Shown piece after piece: positions 53,180 through 64,000 of a DNA stretch of 64,000 bases. Within the stretch, counting starts at the first letter, position 1. Every line of letters begins with the position of its first letter. Under the pieces are notes generated by a model. The model searched no databases. It was not told where the DNA came from and saw only the letters and a list, made by a program, of their open reading frames with translations. Both the position numbers and the translations under genes were made by a program. Origin of the DNA: Gracilinanus agilis (lineage: Eukaryota); the NCBI RefSeq assembly GCF_016433145.1, contig NC_058134.1, forward strand, positions 35,065,574-35,129,573, written 5' to 3'.

Positions 53180-53852
53180 TATTCACAAAATTTTGTGAAT
53201 CAGAACAGGGCTAGGATAAGGTGTCCTGGGAAGAAGAAAGGAAGGTATCTATATTTAACTTTAATTTATTTTTAAATGCCCTAAAGAATTAACCTCTTAC
53301 ATGTCTGTTGAACTGTACTTTGGTTTTGTGAGTTTTTTTAACATAATAAAAATAGAAATGTAAGATTATAGATCTGAATATGTTCAAGGAGAGCCCTACC
53401 CTTTGGAACTCTGGGAAAACCTCATATCTCATGTATAGAGCTCAACAGGAGACCATGGCACCTAATTGCCACCTGGTGGCAGCATACTTCTAGTGAAGGG
53501 TCATATTAGGGAAATTAAAAAAAAATTAAGTTCATGTAACATATTACATGATTACACAATGAATTATCAGGTGCCTTCTATATACCAGACACTGCTTCTC
53601 TTACAAAGATGAAAATGAAACATTTCCTGCCTTCAGGAAGCTTTCATTCTAGTCATGAACTTCCAGCTATTTGAAGGAAAGTTGGAAAACAACATGTTTT
53701 AGATTTTGGAGGAGATAAATTATGTTTCTTTTTCTCCTGAATATGGTGGTCATCCAGAGCAAGGAGCTCATTTCCATGAGAATGTAGATCAGTTACTTTT
53801 TGGAGATGAATCAGAAGGAGTCATTCTTTTCAATGTTAAGGACCTGGTGCTA

Positions 53853-54395
53853 GTTGTTGTTCATCTTTCTTTTTGAAGATCAGCGACATCCGGGAGTGAT
53901 GTGGCTTGACTCGGGTGAATTGGATTTCAGTGAGGCAGGGTTGCAAGCCACCAGTCTCACTCTCTTCCAGTGTCACTGAAGTATAGTAGTAAGATAAAAG
54001 TCAGGATGACTGGCAATGATTGCCCAAGATGGAGTGATAACCTCATCATCTTTGAGGTCTGGCCAAGCTTTTAAGTATTCCATGGCACCAGCCTCAGGTG
54101 CCTTCATGCTTGTTGGAACAAATTGTTCTGATCCACCCATTCTGCTAGGGGAAGTCTTCCTATGCTTGAAGTGGACATGCCTCTAACTCACCACTGGTTT
54201 GAAGCCTGTTGGTTATCCATAACCTTGTTTAACTCATCTGCTAGGATGCTCTTACCAGGCTATGGCTACTTCGCATGTTAGAGCTTCTTGAAGCCATAGA
54301 TGAGAGTTGGGTGGCAGGTGGAAAGTGCATGAGCAGCCTAAAAGAAGTATTGAAAGCCCTCTCACCAGAAGGTCCTGCTAGTCCTCCTGAACATC
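53853..54395 (-). mobile_element. RTE-related marsupial retroposon (RTE 3' end or WALLSI-type RTE-mobilised SINE)
   Basis: Begins gttgttgttcatctttc, the reverse of a (CAA)n-type tail; homologous to 660-865. Family not determined. Confidence 0.6.
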
Positions 54396-55419
54396 TCATA
54401 CATACAAGGTGGTAGAGTTTCTTCTGAGTGAATTCTATGGGACATGAAGCAAGGATTCAGTCTTTAGCCCAGGACATTCTCTAGACAAAGAAGACATCCC
54501 TGTCTTTGGATTCAAACTGAAGATGGTGTCAGTATGACATCTGGTCTAGGAAAGGAGACCCAATAGGGTTTGGGGGAGGGGTGTAGAAATTCAAGGGCTC
54601 TAGACCTTTTATAGAGCCATAATCTAGCAGGGAGCCAGGTTTCTTTCCCTCTAACATCCCACTATTTCTCCCCAAGTCTTCTCACTGCTACTTCTACCCC
54701 AGCATATACTTAGAAATCTCCCATCATTAGAAAATCACAGCATTTTAGAAGAATTTTTTAGTAGACAGAGGATATAATGTAAGAAATACTGGATTGCATC
54801 TCAACAAATCTGACTACAAATCCCACCTCTGCCATTAATGATTTTGTTTGATGATGCACAAATCACTTAATTTCCCAGGCCTTCATTTTTCACAGCAGAA
54901 AAAGGAGCTGGTAGGGCTAGAAAGTCCTTTCTGGCTTCAAATCTAAAACAGTATGATGGCAACATGGGCCTGACAGGTTTTTTGAGTTTGTAAGCAAACT
55001 TGGACTTTATGAAGTTTAAATTTTGCTGACTGTACCCAGCAAATTCCCATGATGTAAGTTGAATGGTTTGAATGAGTTTACGAAAGGGATAAAGTGCTCT
55101 CAGATATCAATAATCCTCACTTTTGCTGAGCAGAGAGTAAATAAATCAGAAACATAAAATTAAATGTCTCAAACAATTCCCTTTAGTTTAAAGTAAGTAC
55201 TTAGTAAAATATATTTGAAAGTCAGGCTTCTGAAGAGGATGTTTTAAAGCCAGTCTTTCCTGGTGACAACTGAAGGTAACTGAAGAAGAAAGCAGAGTGG
55301 GGGATTTGGGGGCAAACAAGGTTTTATGAAAACAACACACACTTTAAACTATAGCATGGGCAATTGTTTACTAGAATTTAGGACTTGAACTCAAAAAGAT
55401 CTCAGTTTAAAAACCTGTT

Positions 55420-56480
55420 TCTTATTCTTTTTTTCTTTTTAAATTTAATTTCATTTCCCCTCTAATTACATGGAAAACTAGTTTCCAATATTTTAAATAG
55501 AATTTTGAGTCTCAAAATTTCCTCTTCCCTCTTTCCTCTTGTCTTTGCTAAGATAATAAGTAATCTGACATAGATTTTTTATGTGCAATTTCATAAAACA
55601 TTTTTTCCATATTAATCCTTTTGTGGAAGGAAACTTGAACAAAAAACATTAAGAAAAAAGTGAAAAAAATTTACTTTGGTCTGGATTCAGACTTCATCAG
55701 TTCTTTTTCTGGAACCAGATGGCCTTTTTTATCCTGAGTCCTTTGGAATTATTTTGGACCATTGTGTGGTTAAGAATAGCTAAATTATTCATAGATGTTC
55801 ATTGTACAGTATTTCTATGTACAGTATTTAATGTTGTCCTGATCCTACTTACTTCACTCTGTTTCAGTTCATGTAAGTCTTTCCAGATTTTTTGAGCCTC
55901 TCGTTTGACATTTCTTACAACACAATAATATTTCATGATAATCATATACTATAACTTACTTAGCCATTCCCCATTTGATGAGTATCCCCTCACTTTTCAA
56001 TTCTTTGCCACCACAAAGAGTTGCTTTAGACATTTTTGTACACATAGGCCCTCCCTCCTTTTTTATCTCTTTGCGATATGAACAAAGCAATGTTATTGTT
56101 GGGTCAAAGAGTCTATACTGTTTTATAGCCCTTTGGGCCCAAGTCCAAATTGTCCTCCAGAATGGTTGAATCAGTTCACAACTCTCCAAAAGTGCATCAA
56201 TGTCTTAATTTTCCCACTTTGCCTTCAAGTTTTCTCATTTTCTTTTCTGTCATAATAGCCAACCTCATACGTGTGGGGTGGTACCTTGGAGTTGTTTTAA
56301 TTTTGTTTCTCTAATTTAGAGATCTTTTACATGACTCCAGAGATCTTTAGTTACCTTATTTGAGAATTACCTGATCATATCCTTTGGCCATTTATCAATT
56401 GGGAAATGCCTTGTATTCTTACACATTTAAGTAATTTCTCTATGTATTTGAGAAATGATGCCTTTATTAGAAAGACTTGT
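55420..56480 (-). mobile_element. 5'-truncated L1: ORF2 C-terminus and 3'UTR
   Basis: Peptides ELIQPFWRTIW..AQRAIK..LFDPTITLL..Y.KEIKK are the L1 ORF2 C-terminus; T-tract at about 55425. Confidence 0.88.
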
Positions 56481-56540
56481 ATCTACTTCATATTCTTAAT
56501 TGGACAAATCCTTAGAATTTTAGGCAATTTCTTCATCTGT

Positions 56541-56680
56541 AATGAAGGAAGGAAGGAAGGAAAGAAAAGAGGGAGTAAAAGATAAAGAAAGAGAAAAATA
56601 AAGGATAAAAGGAGGAAAGGAGGAAAGAAAGCAGAGAGGGAGGATAAAAGGAAAGGAGGAGTAAAAAGAAAGAAAGAAAT
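56541..56680. repeat. Purine-rich low-complexity tract (GGAA/GAAA)
   Basis: Seen directly. Confidence 0.85.
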
Positions 56681-56769
56681 ATGTGTGAAATATCTACAAT
56701 GTGTGAAGCACAATGGTAATTAACTTTACAAATATCAACTCATTTGATCTTCGCATCTCTGGATGCAGA

Positions 56770-58700
56770 AGCTCTTATTTTTCCTTATTTCATAATTGGA
56801 GAAAATGAGGCAGACAGAAATTAAGTGACTTGCTTATATTCATAGAGCTAGAAAGTGTCTAAGGCCATATTTGAATTCAACATTTCATAACTTCATGCCC
56901 AGTGCACTATACACTGAACCATCCAGCTGTGCTCCTATGAGGTGGAGATATTAATAGCAACTACTTCACAGTGTTGTTGTAAAACTTCAAATGAGATAAT
57001 ATATTTAAAGCATTTTGCATACCTTTAAGTTTAAGTACATGTCAGGTATATTCCAAGTCAGCATGGCATAATGGATTAGGCTGCTAGTTGTAGGATGACC
57101 TGGGTCCGTTTCCTGCTTCAAGTACTTGTGAGCTCTTGGCACCATGGATAAGTCACAATATCCTAAGTCTCAGGTTCCCCATCTATTAACAGGAGTGAAA
57201 TTAGCTGCACTTATCTCGCAGGATTGTTGTGAGGCTTAATTGAGATAAGGTGATAATATTCATAAATTTTGAGGTATCAGAAGACGGCAAGAATTAATAT
57301 TTTATAGACCTATCATTGACGTTGGCATGATTGAGTCATTTAATTTTTAGATCTTTCTCAAGTTCTAAAAACTGGATTGTTTCCTTTTATCTCCAGAAGA
57401 ATAGCTGTTCAAAGAAGGTCACACCTGGCACGCAGTAGGTACTTAATAAGTGTCAGGTGACTGATACGTAATTTATTTGTCTTTAAATTGTTTTGGGACC
57501 CTTGCTGGATACTTATATCTATGCTGTCTATCAGTTTTGAAATGGGCCAGAATTTTAAGAAGCATTATTGCCATTGTCCACAGGTCACAAAGACATCAAT
57601 GGATATCATTATTATCCCAAATGTAGAAGCAATTGTTTGAAAAGCATTTCTATGTTCTCTACTATGTGTCAGGCACCGTGCTAGACTCTGAGGATACAAA
57701 AATAGGAGGAAAAAGTCCCTGATTTCAATGAGATTACATTTCCATGTAAATCCATAATTATATACGTAATACATAAAAGGTAGCTTGGGGGAAGGGCATC
57801 AGCATTTAAAGGGCTCAATGGACTCAAGAATGTTGGATTTGGAATCAGCAATCTGATATTAGATATGTGATCCAGGGAAAGTCACTTTTCTTCTCTGTGC
57901 CTCAGTTTTTTCCATTGTAAAATGGGGATAATAATATACCATCTGCTTCCCAGGGCAGTTGTGGGTTCAAATGATTTAATAATTGTGACATTCTTAGCAT
58001 AGTACTTGGCCATAATAAACACCATATAAACACATATAAGTGATAATGACAATGATAATGATGATGATGATGATGAAATGCTAGCTATTATTCTTATAGG
58101 TAGGATGATAAAAAGCTTACTGTAGAATGTGGTATTTGAGGAGAATTCTGATAGAAGGTAGTGTCGTAAAGTTTTGGAGTCCTGGGCTTGGATCCAGGAA
58201 AACCTGGGTCTATATTCCCACTCTTATACTTAATGTGTGGCCCTGGGCATGTCACTCAGTCACTCTTTCTCTCAGGCAACTCCCCAGAATTTCTGGACTG
58301 TCATGCACAAGTTCCAGTCTGTATAGGTAAAGGAAACTCCCACACCAAGAGTTCTCCACACTCTTATAATGCCAGATCCTTCATGTAGTCGTGCATCACC
58401 TGAATGACTAATTGAATTCAGTTTTTAGTAGTTCTCAGAAGAAATCTTATTGGAAACAGCAGGCTCTGGGGACAAATCCTTCAAAGACATCAATAGTGGT
58501 GATGATGAATCACAGAATGTCAGAGCTGGAAGAGTTTCAGAGAACAAGTAGTCCATCTCTCTCATTTTACAGAGGAGGAAATCTAAGTCCAGGGAGGGGA
58601 AATAACTTGAGCAAGTTCACACAACAGGCACACCAAAGCAACAATTTGAACCCAAGTCCATGACTCCAAATACAGTGTTTCTCTACTTTAACCTGCTATC
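56770..58700. mobile_element. Cluster of MIR/MIR3 and L2 fragments, including a (GAT)n tract at about 58040-58077
   Basis: Multiple CORE motifs in both orientations; reverse L2 tail at about 57620-57720. Confidence 0.6.
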
Positions 58701-58957
58701 TCTCAGTCTCTGTAACTAGAGAGGATGGACATTATTTATTCATGTATAAAAATAACTAGCTTTATAGAAATCAATAATAATTATAAGAGCTGTCATTTCT
58801 ATAGTGCTTTTAAGCTTATCCTGTGCTTCACATAAATGAGCTCATTTAATGTAAATAGCAACCATTGTTTACATGCAGTGTCATCTGAGTGATGACAAGG
58901 AACCTTCACGTCCCTTACCTCTCACCTCTGACCTCATCTTGCTCTAGAGCAAGAATT

Positions 58958-59644
58958 CTTTTTTTTTTTAATTTTTTATTTTTAGAAAAATTTTCCATGG
59001 TTACATAATTCATGTTTTTACTTTACCCTTCACCCCCTCAAGTTCCCCCCCTGCCCCTGTAGATAACTTGCATTTCCACTCTTTTTAACATGTGTGGTCA
59101 GTCAAGACTTATTTACACATTATTGATAGTTACATTGGTGTGGTCCTTTCGGGTCTACATCCCCAATCATGTCCTCATCAACCCAAGTGTTCAAGCAGTT
59201 GTTTATCTTCTGTGTTTCCACTCCTGTAGTTCTTCCTCTGAATGTGGGTAGTGTTCTTTTCCATAAATCCCTCAGAATTGTCCTGGGTCATTGCATTGCT
59301 GCTAGTACAGACGTTCATTACATTCGATTTTAACACAGTGTATCAGTCTCTGTGTACAATGTTCTTCTGGCTCTGATCCTTTCACTCTGCATCAATTCCT
59401 GGAGGTCTTTCCAGTTCACATGGAATTCCTCCAGTTTATTATTTCTTTGAGCACAATAATATCCCATCACCAACAGTTTGTTCAGCCATTCCCCAATTGA
59501 AGGGCAAACACTTGCTTTCCAGTTTTTTGCCACCACAAAGAGCACAGCTATAAATATTTTTATGCAAGTCTGTTTATCTATGATCTCTTTGGGGTACAAT
59601 CCCAGCAATGGTGGCTGGATCAAAGGGCAGGCATTCTTTTATCG
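58958..59644 (-). mobile_element. Young 5'-truncated L1 insertion (about 690 bp) with poly-A and TSD
   Basis: Peptide IQPPLLGLYPKEIIDKQTCIKIFIAVLFVVAKNWK..CPSIGEWLNKL is the ORF2 C-terminus. Poly-T from 58959. TSD tagagcaagaatt at 58945-58957 and 59645-59657. Confidence 0.93.
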
Positions 59645-59649
59645 TAGAG

Positions 59650-59852
59650 CAAGAATTTTTAATGTGGGGTCCATGGATAGACTTCAGGGTTTCCTATGGA
59701 CTTGGATCAAGAAATTTTTGTATTTATGTTTTTGCTAACTTAAAAATGCAATATTCCCTTCAATTATTTGAAAAAAATTCATAAAATGAGTCTATAGGCT
59801 TCTCAAGACTATCAAATGAGTTCATAACACACAAAAAAGATTAAGAACCTCT
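59650..59852 (-). mobile_element. Ancient hAT-Charlie MITE (Charlie4z-like), whose end was hit by the young L1
   Basis: caagaatt(t/c)ttaat...ggggtccatggatag...gattaagaacctcta. Flanks ctctagag (58942-58949) and atctaggg fit an 8-bp NTCTAGAN TSD at 6/8. Confidence 0.7.
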
Positions 59853-61049
59853 AATCTAGGGCCTTTACTTGTCGCTATCAACAATTTTCTCATGAGTTAT
59901 GACACCTTCTCCAAGAAGTGCCCTATTATAATAGAGATTTCTTTCTAAAGAAAGAACAAGACATGGGCACATATATTGGGATCTGGGATATCTCTTTGAA
60001 GTCATCCATTGGTTTTATTTTAATGATGAGGGAAAGGAGGCCTAGGAAGTTGGATCACCTTGGTCAATGTCACCTAACCATTACGTGGCAGAGCCAAGAT
60101 TTGAACTCATGTCTCCTGATTCCATATCTAAGAGTATTTCTATTTTACCATGCTATTTCTTATATTAAATTCATTATGAGCTGTTTTCACATTAGCACAG
60201 ATAGTTTCATCATATTAGCTAGTAATGGAGTATTGGATATGGACATTTTGACTTGAGGGATAAGAAAGAAGCACCGCTAAGAAAGACAATCCTGGCAGAT
60301 TCTGAGCATCTTATGGGGGAGAAAAATAGGGGGTGAACTAGAAACATACTTGAGAGGAGATATACTTTGAAGAATTCTGAAAATTTTAAAACAAAAACTT
60401 AGTTTTGCTCCCTTCAAAGTCTTGTCTTCCAGTGAGTTCCACATGTCCACTCTTGCTTTTATCTTTCATAAAACTGAAGTCTTTGAGACAAATGGGGTTG
60501 GCAAAATCTAGTCTCTCCTCCCAAAATGGGTAGATTATTTGCCGTGATAAAGATAATAGAATCATAATAAGAATTGAGTAGTTGTACTTTTGAATGGCAT
60601 AATTGCCTCATTCATCCTAGGAGTCCCATCCCATCTTCACTCATCATCATGTCTAAAATAAAACAAAACCCCTTTTGTTGCTCTTTGCATTCCTTGCTGT
60701 TTTTACTTAATCCATTCTTGGCTTTTCTTTTTCAATCTTGACATAATTCCCATTGAACCTTGGTGAATTTATGGTCAACCATTTCCTGTTCTTTTTAATA
60801 TCTTCTGAAAGATATATTTTAATAGTATAAATGTCAAATCATACACTTGAGTTCAGAAAGCCAATTTTGAAGTTACAAGATGGGGCAGGCACGGGTAGGT
60901 TTTAGTTCATCATAAAAAATCTAGGCATTTTAGAGAGCTGTAGGTTCAATCTGTGTTAACAGAGGAAATATAGCAAGTGCAATTTGCATTTTTCAGCACA
61001 ATACCACTGCACACAGTAGTTGCTAATTAAATATTTTATCATGGAACAA

Positions 61050-62995
61050 TGGAATGGATTAGAAGGAAACACATATGACAATTTAGAATCTGATAAGCTT
61101 CAAAATACCAATATAATCTTGGGGAGCAGATAGGAAGAACCACTGGAGATATTAGAAAACAATGTAGTAGAAAGTAAGTTTAGAGCAGTATTTTAAAACC
61201 TAATACAAGAAATTCCATAATGGAAAAGCTGTATAGTGAAAATCAAACCATGAATTTTAAAGAAGTATAGAAGGTTATATAAGTGACAATTTTATGTAAC
61301 AGAATATTGTATTAACAAACATGGATAAAAGGAGATTGGAAAAGCTAAACCAATTTTAATTACAGAAAATTAAAGCTTTTGCACAATTGAAATCAAAATA
61401 GTAAGAAAATGAAAAATGATATAGACTAGAAGAGATTGCTTTGTATTAAGTGTTTAAAGGCTGACTTTAAAAATTTGTAGAGAATTTACTCAAATTTATG
61501 ATATAAAGTGCTATTCCCTGTATCTATCTATCCATGCATCCATCAGTCTATTACCATTNNNNNNNNNNNNNNNNNNNNNNNNNNNNNNNNNNNNNNNNNN
61601 NNNNNNNNNNNNNNNNNNNNNNNNNNNNNNNNNNNNNNNNNNNNNNNNNNNNNNNNNNNNNNNNNNNNNNNNNNNNNNNNNNNNNNNNNNNNNNNNNNNN
61701 NNNNNNNNNNNNNNNNNNNNNNNNNNNNNNNNNNNNNNNNNNNNNNNNNNNNNNNNNNNNNNNNNNNNNNNNNNNNNNNNNNNNNNNNNNNNNNNNNNNN
61801 NNNNNNNNNNNNNNNNNNNNNNNNNNNNNNNNNNNNNNNNNNNNNNNNNNNNNNNNNNNNNNNNNNNNNNNNNNNNNNTTTATGATATAAAGTGCTATTC
61901 CCTGTATCTATCTATCCATGCATCCATCAGTCTATTACCATTNNNNNNNNNNNNNNNNNNNNNNNNNNNNNNNNNNNNNNNNNNNNNNNNNNNNNNNNNN
62001 NNNNNNNNNNNNNNNNNNNNNNNNNNNNNNNNNNNNNNNNNNNNNNNNNNNNNNNNNNNNNNNNNNNNNNNNNNNNNNNNNNNNNNNNNNNNNNNNAGCA
62101 ATATGTAATGTTTGGGGAATGTGGGGAATGGCTTAAGTGGTTGCTTAGAAATGTAATGTAATGAAACCCCTGATATTATTTGTATTCAAATTTGCACTAT
62201 TCAAAGTTATAATTACATAAAATAAAGTCCAATAGAAATATAAAGTATAAATTTGAACAATGCATCTACTTTGTAGGATTCATTACTCACATTAACCAGG
62301 ACCTAGACATAGTCCCAAGGCACATGTCCTGACTACTGTGAGGAATTCAGGGGAAAAAACACCAGAAAGACTTGTATGAACTGATGCATAGTAAGGAATT
62401 CAGTACCAAAATAATAATAATAATATGTTAATAAAGTATAATAATGCTGAGTCAATGCCAAAAAACTCCAAAACTTAGGCCAAACAATGGGTAACATAGT
62501 TCTATGTGTTTAAAATTTTTTTAAAAAAAATTCCTTTCTGCTAAACAGCTAAGTTCCAGATCAGAAAGTGGTCTATACTATCAGTTGCAATCATTTTATT
62601 AGGTACATTAAAAAGTATTTTTTGGAGAATAGAGTTAGGGATGGGGAGAAGAAATTGGGTGTTTGTTAAGAAATGTCTGTTCTGTCAAAATAAAATCTAT
62701 TAATAAAAAAGAAAAGGGCTATATTTGAATGAAAGAACAGAAGAACCAGCTAATGAATTTAAAATCAAATAGAATTTTTTTCTTTTTTTGGGTCTCTGTT
62801 CTTTTTTGTAACATGGGTAATATGGAATTATGTTGTGCATGACTGCACATGTATAATATATAAGAAAGTGCTTGCTTTCTTAAGGAGGAGAAGAGTAGGG
62901 AGGGAATTTGGAACTTAAAAATGATATAAATGTGAAAACTGCTTTCATACACAATTAAGAAAAAATGAAATGAACATTATTAAAATAATAAAATT
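61050..62995 (+). mobile_element. Old L1 3' region (ORF2 end and 3'UTR), broken by two gaps
   Basis: Decayed ORF2 segments (acagaaaattaaagctttttgcacaa; aagacttgtatgaactgatgcatagt) and a 3'UTR ending in aataataaaa. Confidence 0.6.
61495..61942. repeat. 64-bp exact duplicate flanking a gap (61495-61558 and 61879-61942)
   Basis: Identical sequence before and between the N-gaps; probably an assembly artefact. Confidence 0.85.
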
Positions 62996-63229
62996 GAGAA
63001 GAAGCTATAATATGATCCAAATGATACACCCTAGTAAAAAGTTGTAGGACATCATAAAATCCAAATATTCCCTTTTCAGTGATAAACAAATCATAGGAGA
63101 ACAGAATGAACTTTTGTTGTTGTTGTTGTTGTTGTTTTGGTTCAGTCTTGTGATTTCATTCCTGGTGAGGATGATCAGTGACATTTCGTGCTCTTCACTT
63201 TATAATTTTTAACATCCACTATTTATTTT

Positions 63230-63700
63230 ATGAAGTAGCATAACACAATGGAAAGAATATTAGCTCTAGTTTGAGAGGGTCTGGGTTCAAGAGTTACCTT
63301 TAATATTTACTACTTGGCTGACTTTGAGCAAATTTCTTAATCTCCTTAAGCTTCAGGTTTTTTTGTTTTGTTTTGTTTTGTTTTTGCTGGAAAAATGAAG
63401 GAATTAGACAAGACAGTTTCTGACATCCCTTCCATCTGTAGATCTATGATTTCTGTTAGCTAGGCATTGGCATTTTGCTGATGAGGTAACTGAGACAGAA
63501 AGAACTTAAGGGATATGCTCAAAGTCACAGAACAGGCAAATAAATATACACTGATTTATCTATGCAGATTTATCACAACTACACCTACATTTTATAGTTT
63601 TAGAGACTTCTCTGGATCACTGAGAAGTTAAGTGATTGGGCCAGGGACACATAACCAATTTGAATCCAAAGCCAGAAATAAACCTGGCCTTCATGATATT
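63230..63700. mobile_element. MIR3/MIR-type fragments with a (TTTTG)n tract
   Basis: CORE motifs and a MIR3 tail. Confidence 0.6.
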
Positions 63701-64000
63701 TCAAGGACAGCTCCATAGGAATTACATCAGAATCTATGAACTGCAATATAAACAAAGGAAAGAATAATTTAAATCATGCAACTAAGTGAAAGGTGTTCCT
63801 ATTACAGAAGCGTCTTAATCCTTCAGTGACAGGAAGAATGAATCTCCTAATGCAGACAAACATTAGATTAAAAACAGAAATCTCTCTTCTCAATCTTTGA
63901 TAATAAATATTATCATTGGTTTTAACACCTGCAATAAAGCCAAAAGGGGAGCCTTCCATGTTTTGGATGGATGTTCTATGGGAGTAATGGGGGGAATGTG

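Noticed and set aside
61495-62096. Exact 64-bp repeat and the long 'ORFs' at 61508-62161
   Set aside because: The repeat abuts N-gaps, and the ORFs are open only because of the Ns.

Overview
AT-rich, CpG-depleted marsupial genomic DNA, most likely a didelphid opossum such as Monodelphis (inferred from many SINE1_Mdo-like, MAR1/MIR, RTE, L2, CR1/L3 and marsupial L1 copies). The whole window appears to lie inside the KCNH8 (Kv12.1/ELK1 potassium channel) gene on the minus strand. Only two coding exons are present: 46504-46631 (128 nt, probably exon 4) and 39332-39572 (241 nt, probably exon 5), both with canonical AG/GT ends and a continuous reading frame. The rest is intron, densely filled with retroposons, several hAT MITEs (two with recognisable 8-bp TSDs), a probable solo LTR, microsatellites and five N-gaps. 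The other listed ORFs are spurious or degenerate repeat fragments. I find no well-supported novel biological system. The best leads are all hypotheses: a possible 12-nt stop-introducing microexon, a frame-symmetric exon 4-5 block flanked by inverted SINEs (circRNA or skipping), an L1 lacking EN and RT, a hAT MITE with a perfect TSD, and a hairpin-rich solo LTR. Repeat family names come from recalled consensus sequences, not a database search, and repeat boundaries are approximate unless a TSD is quoted.
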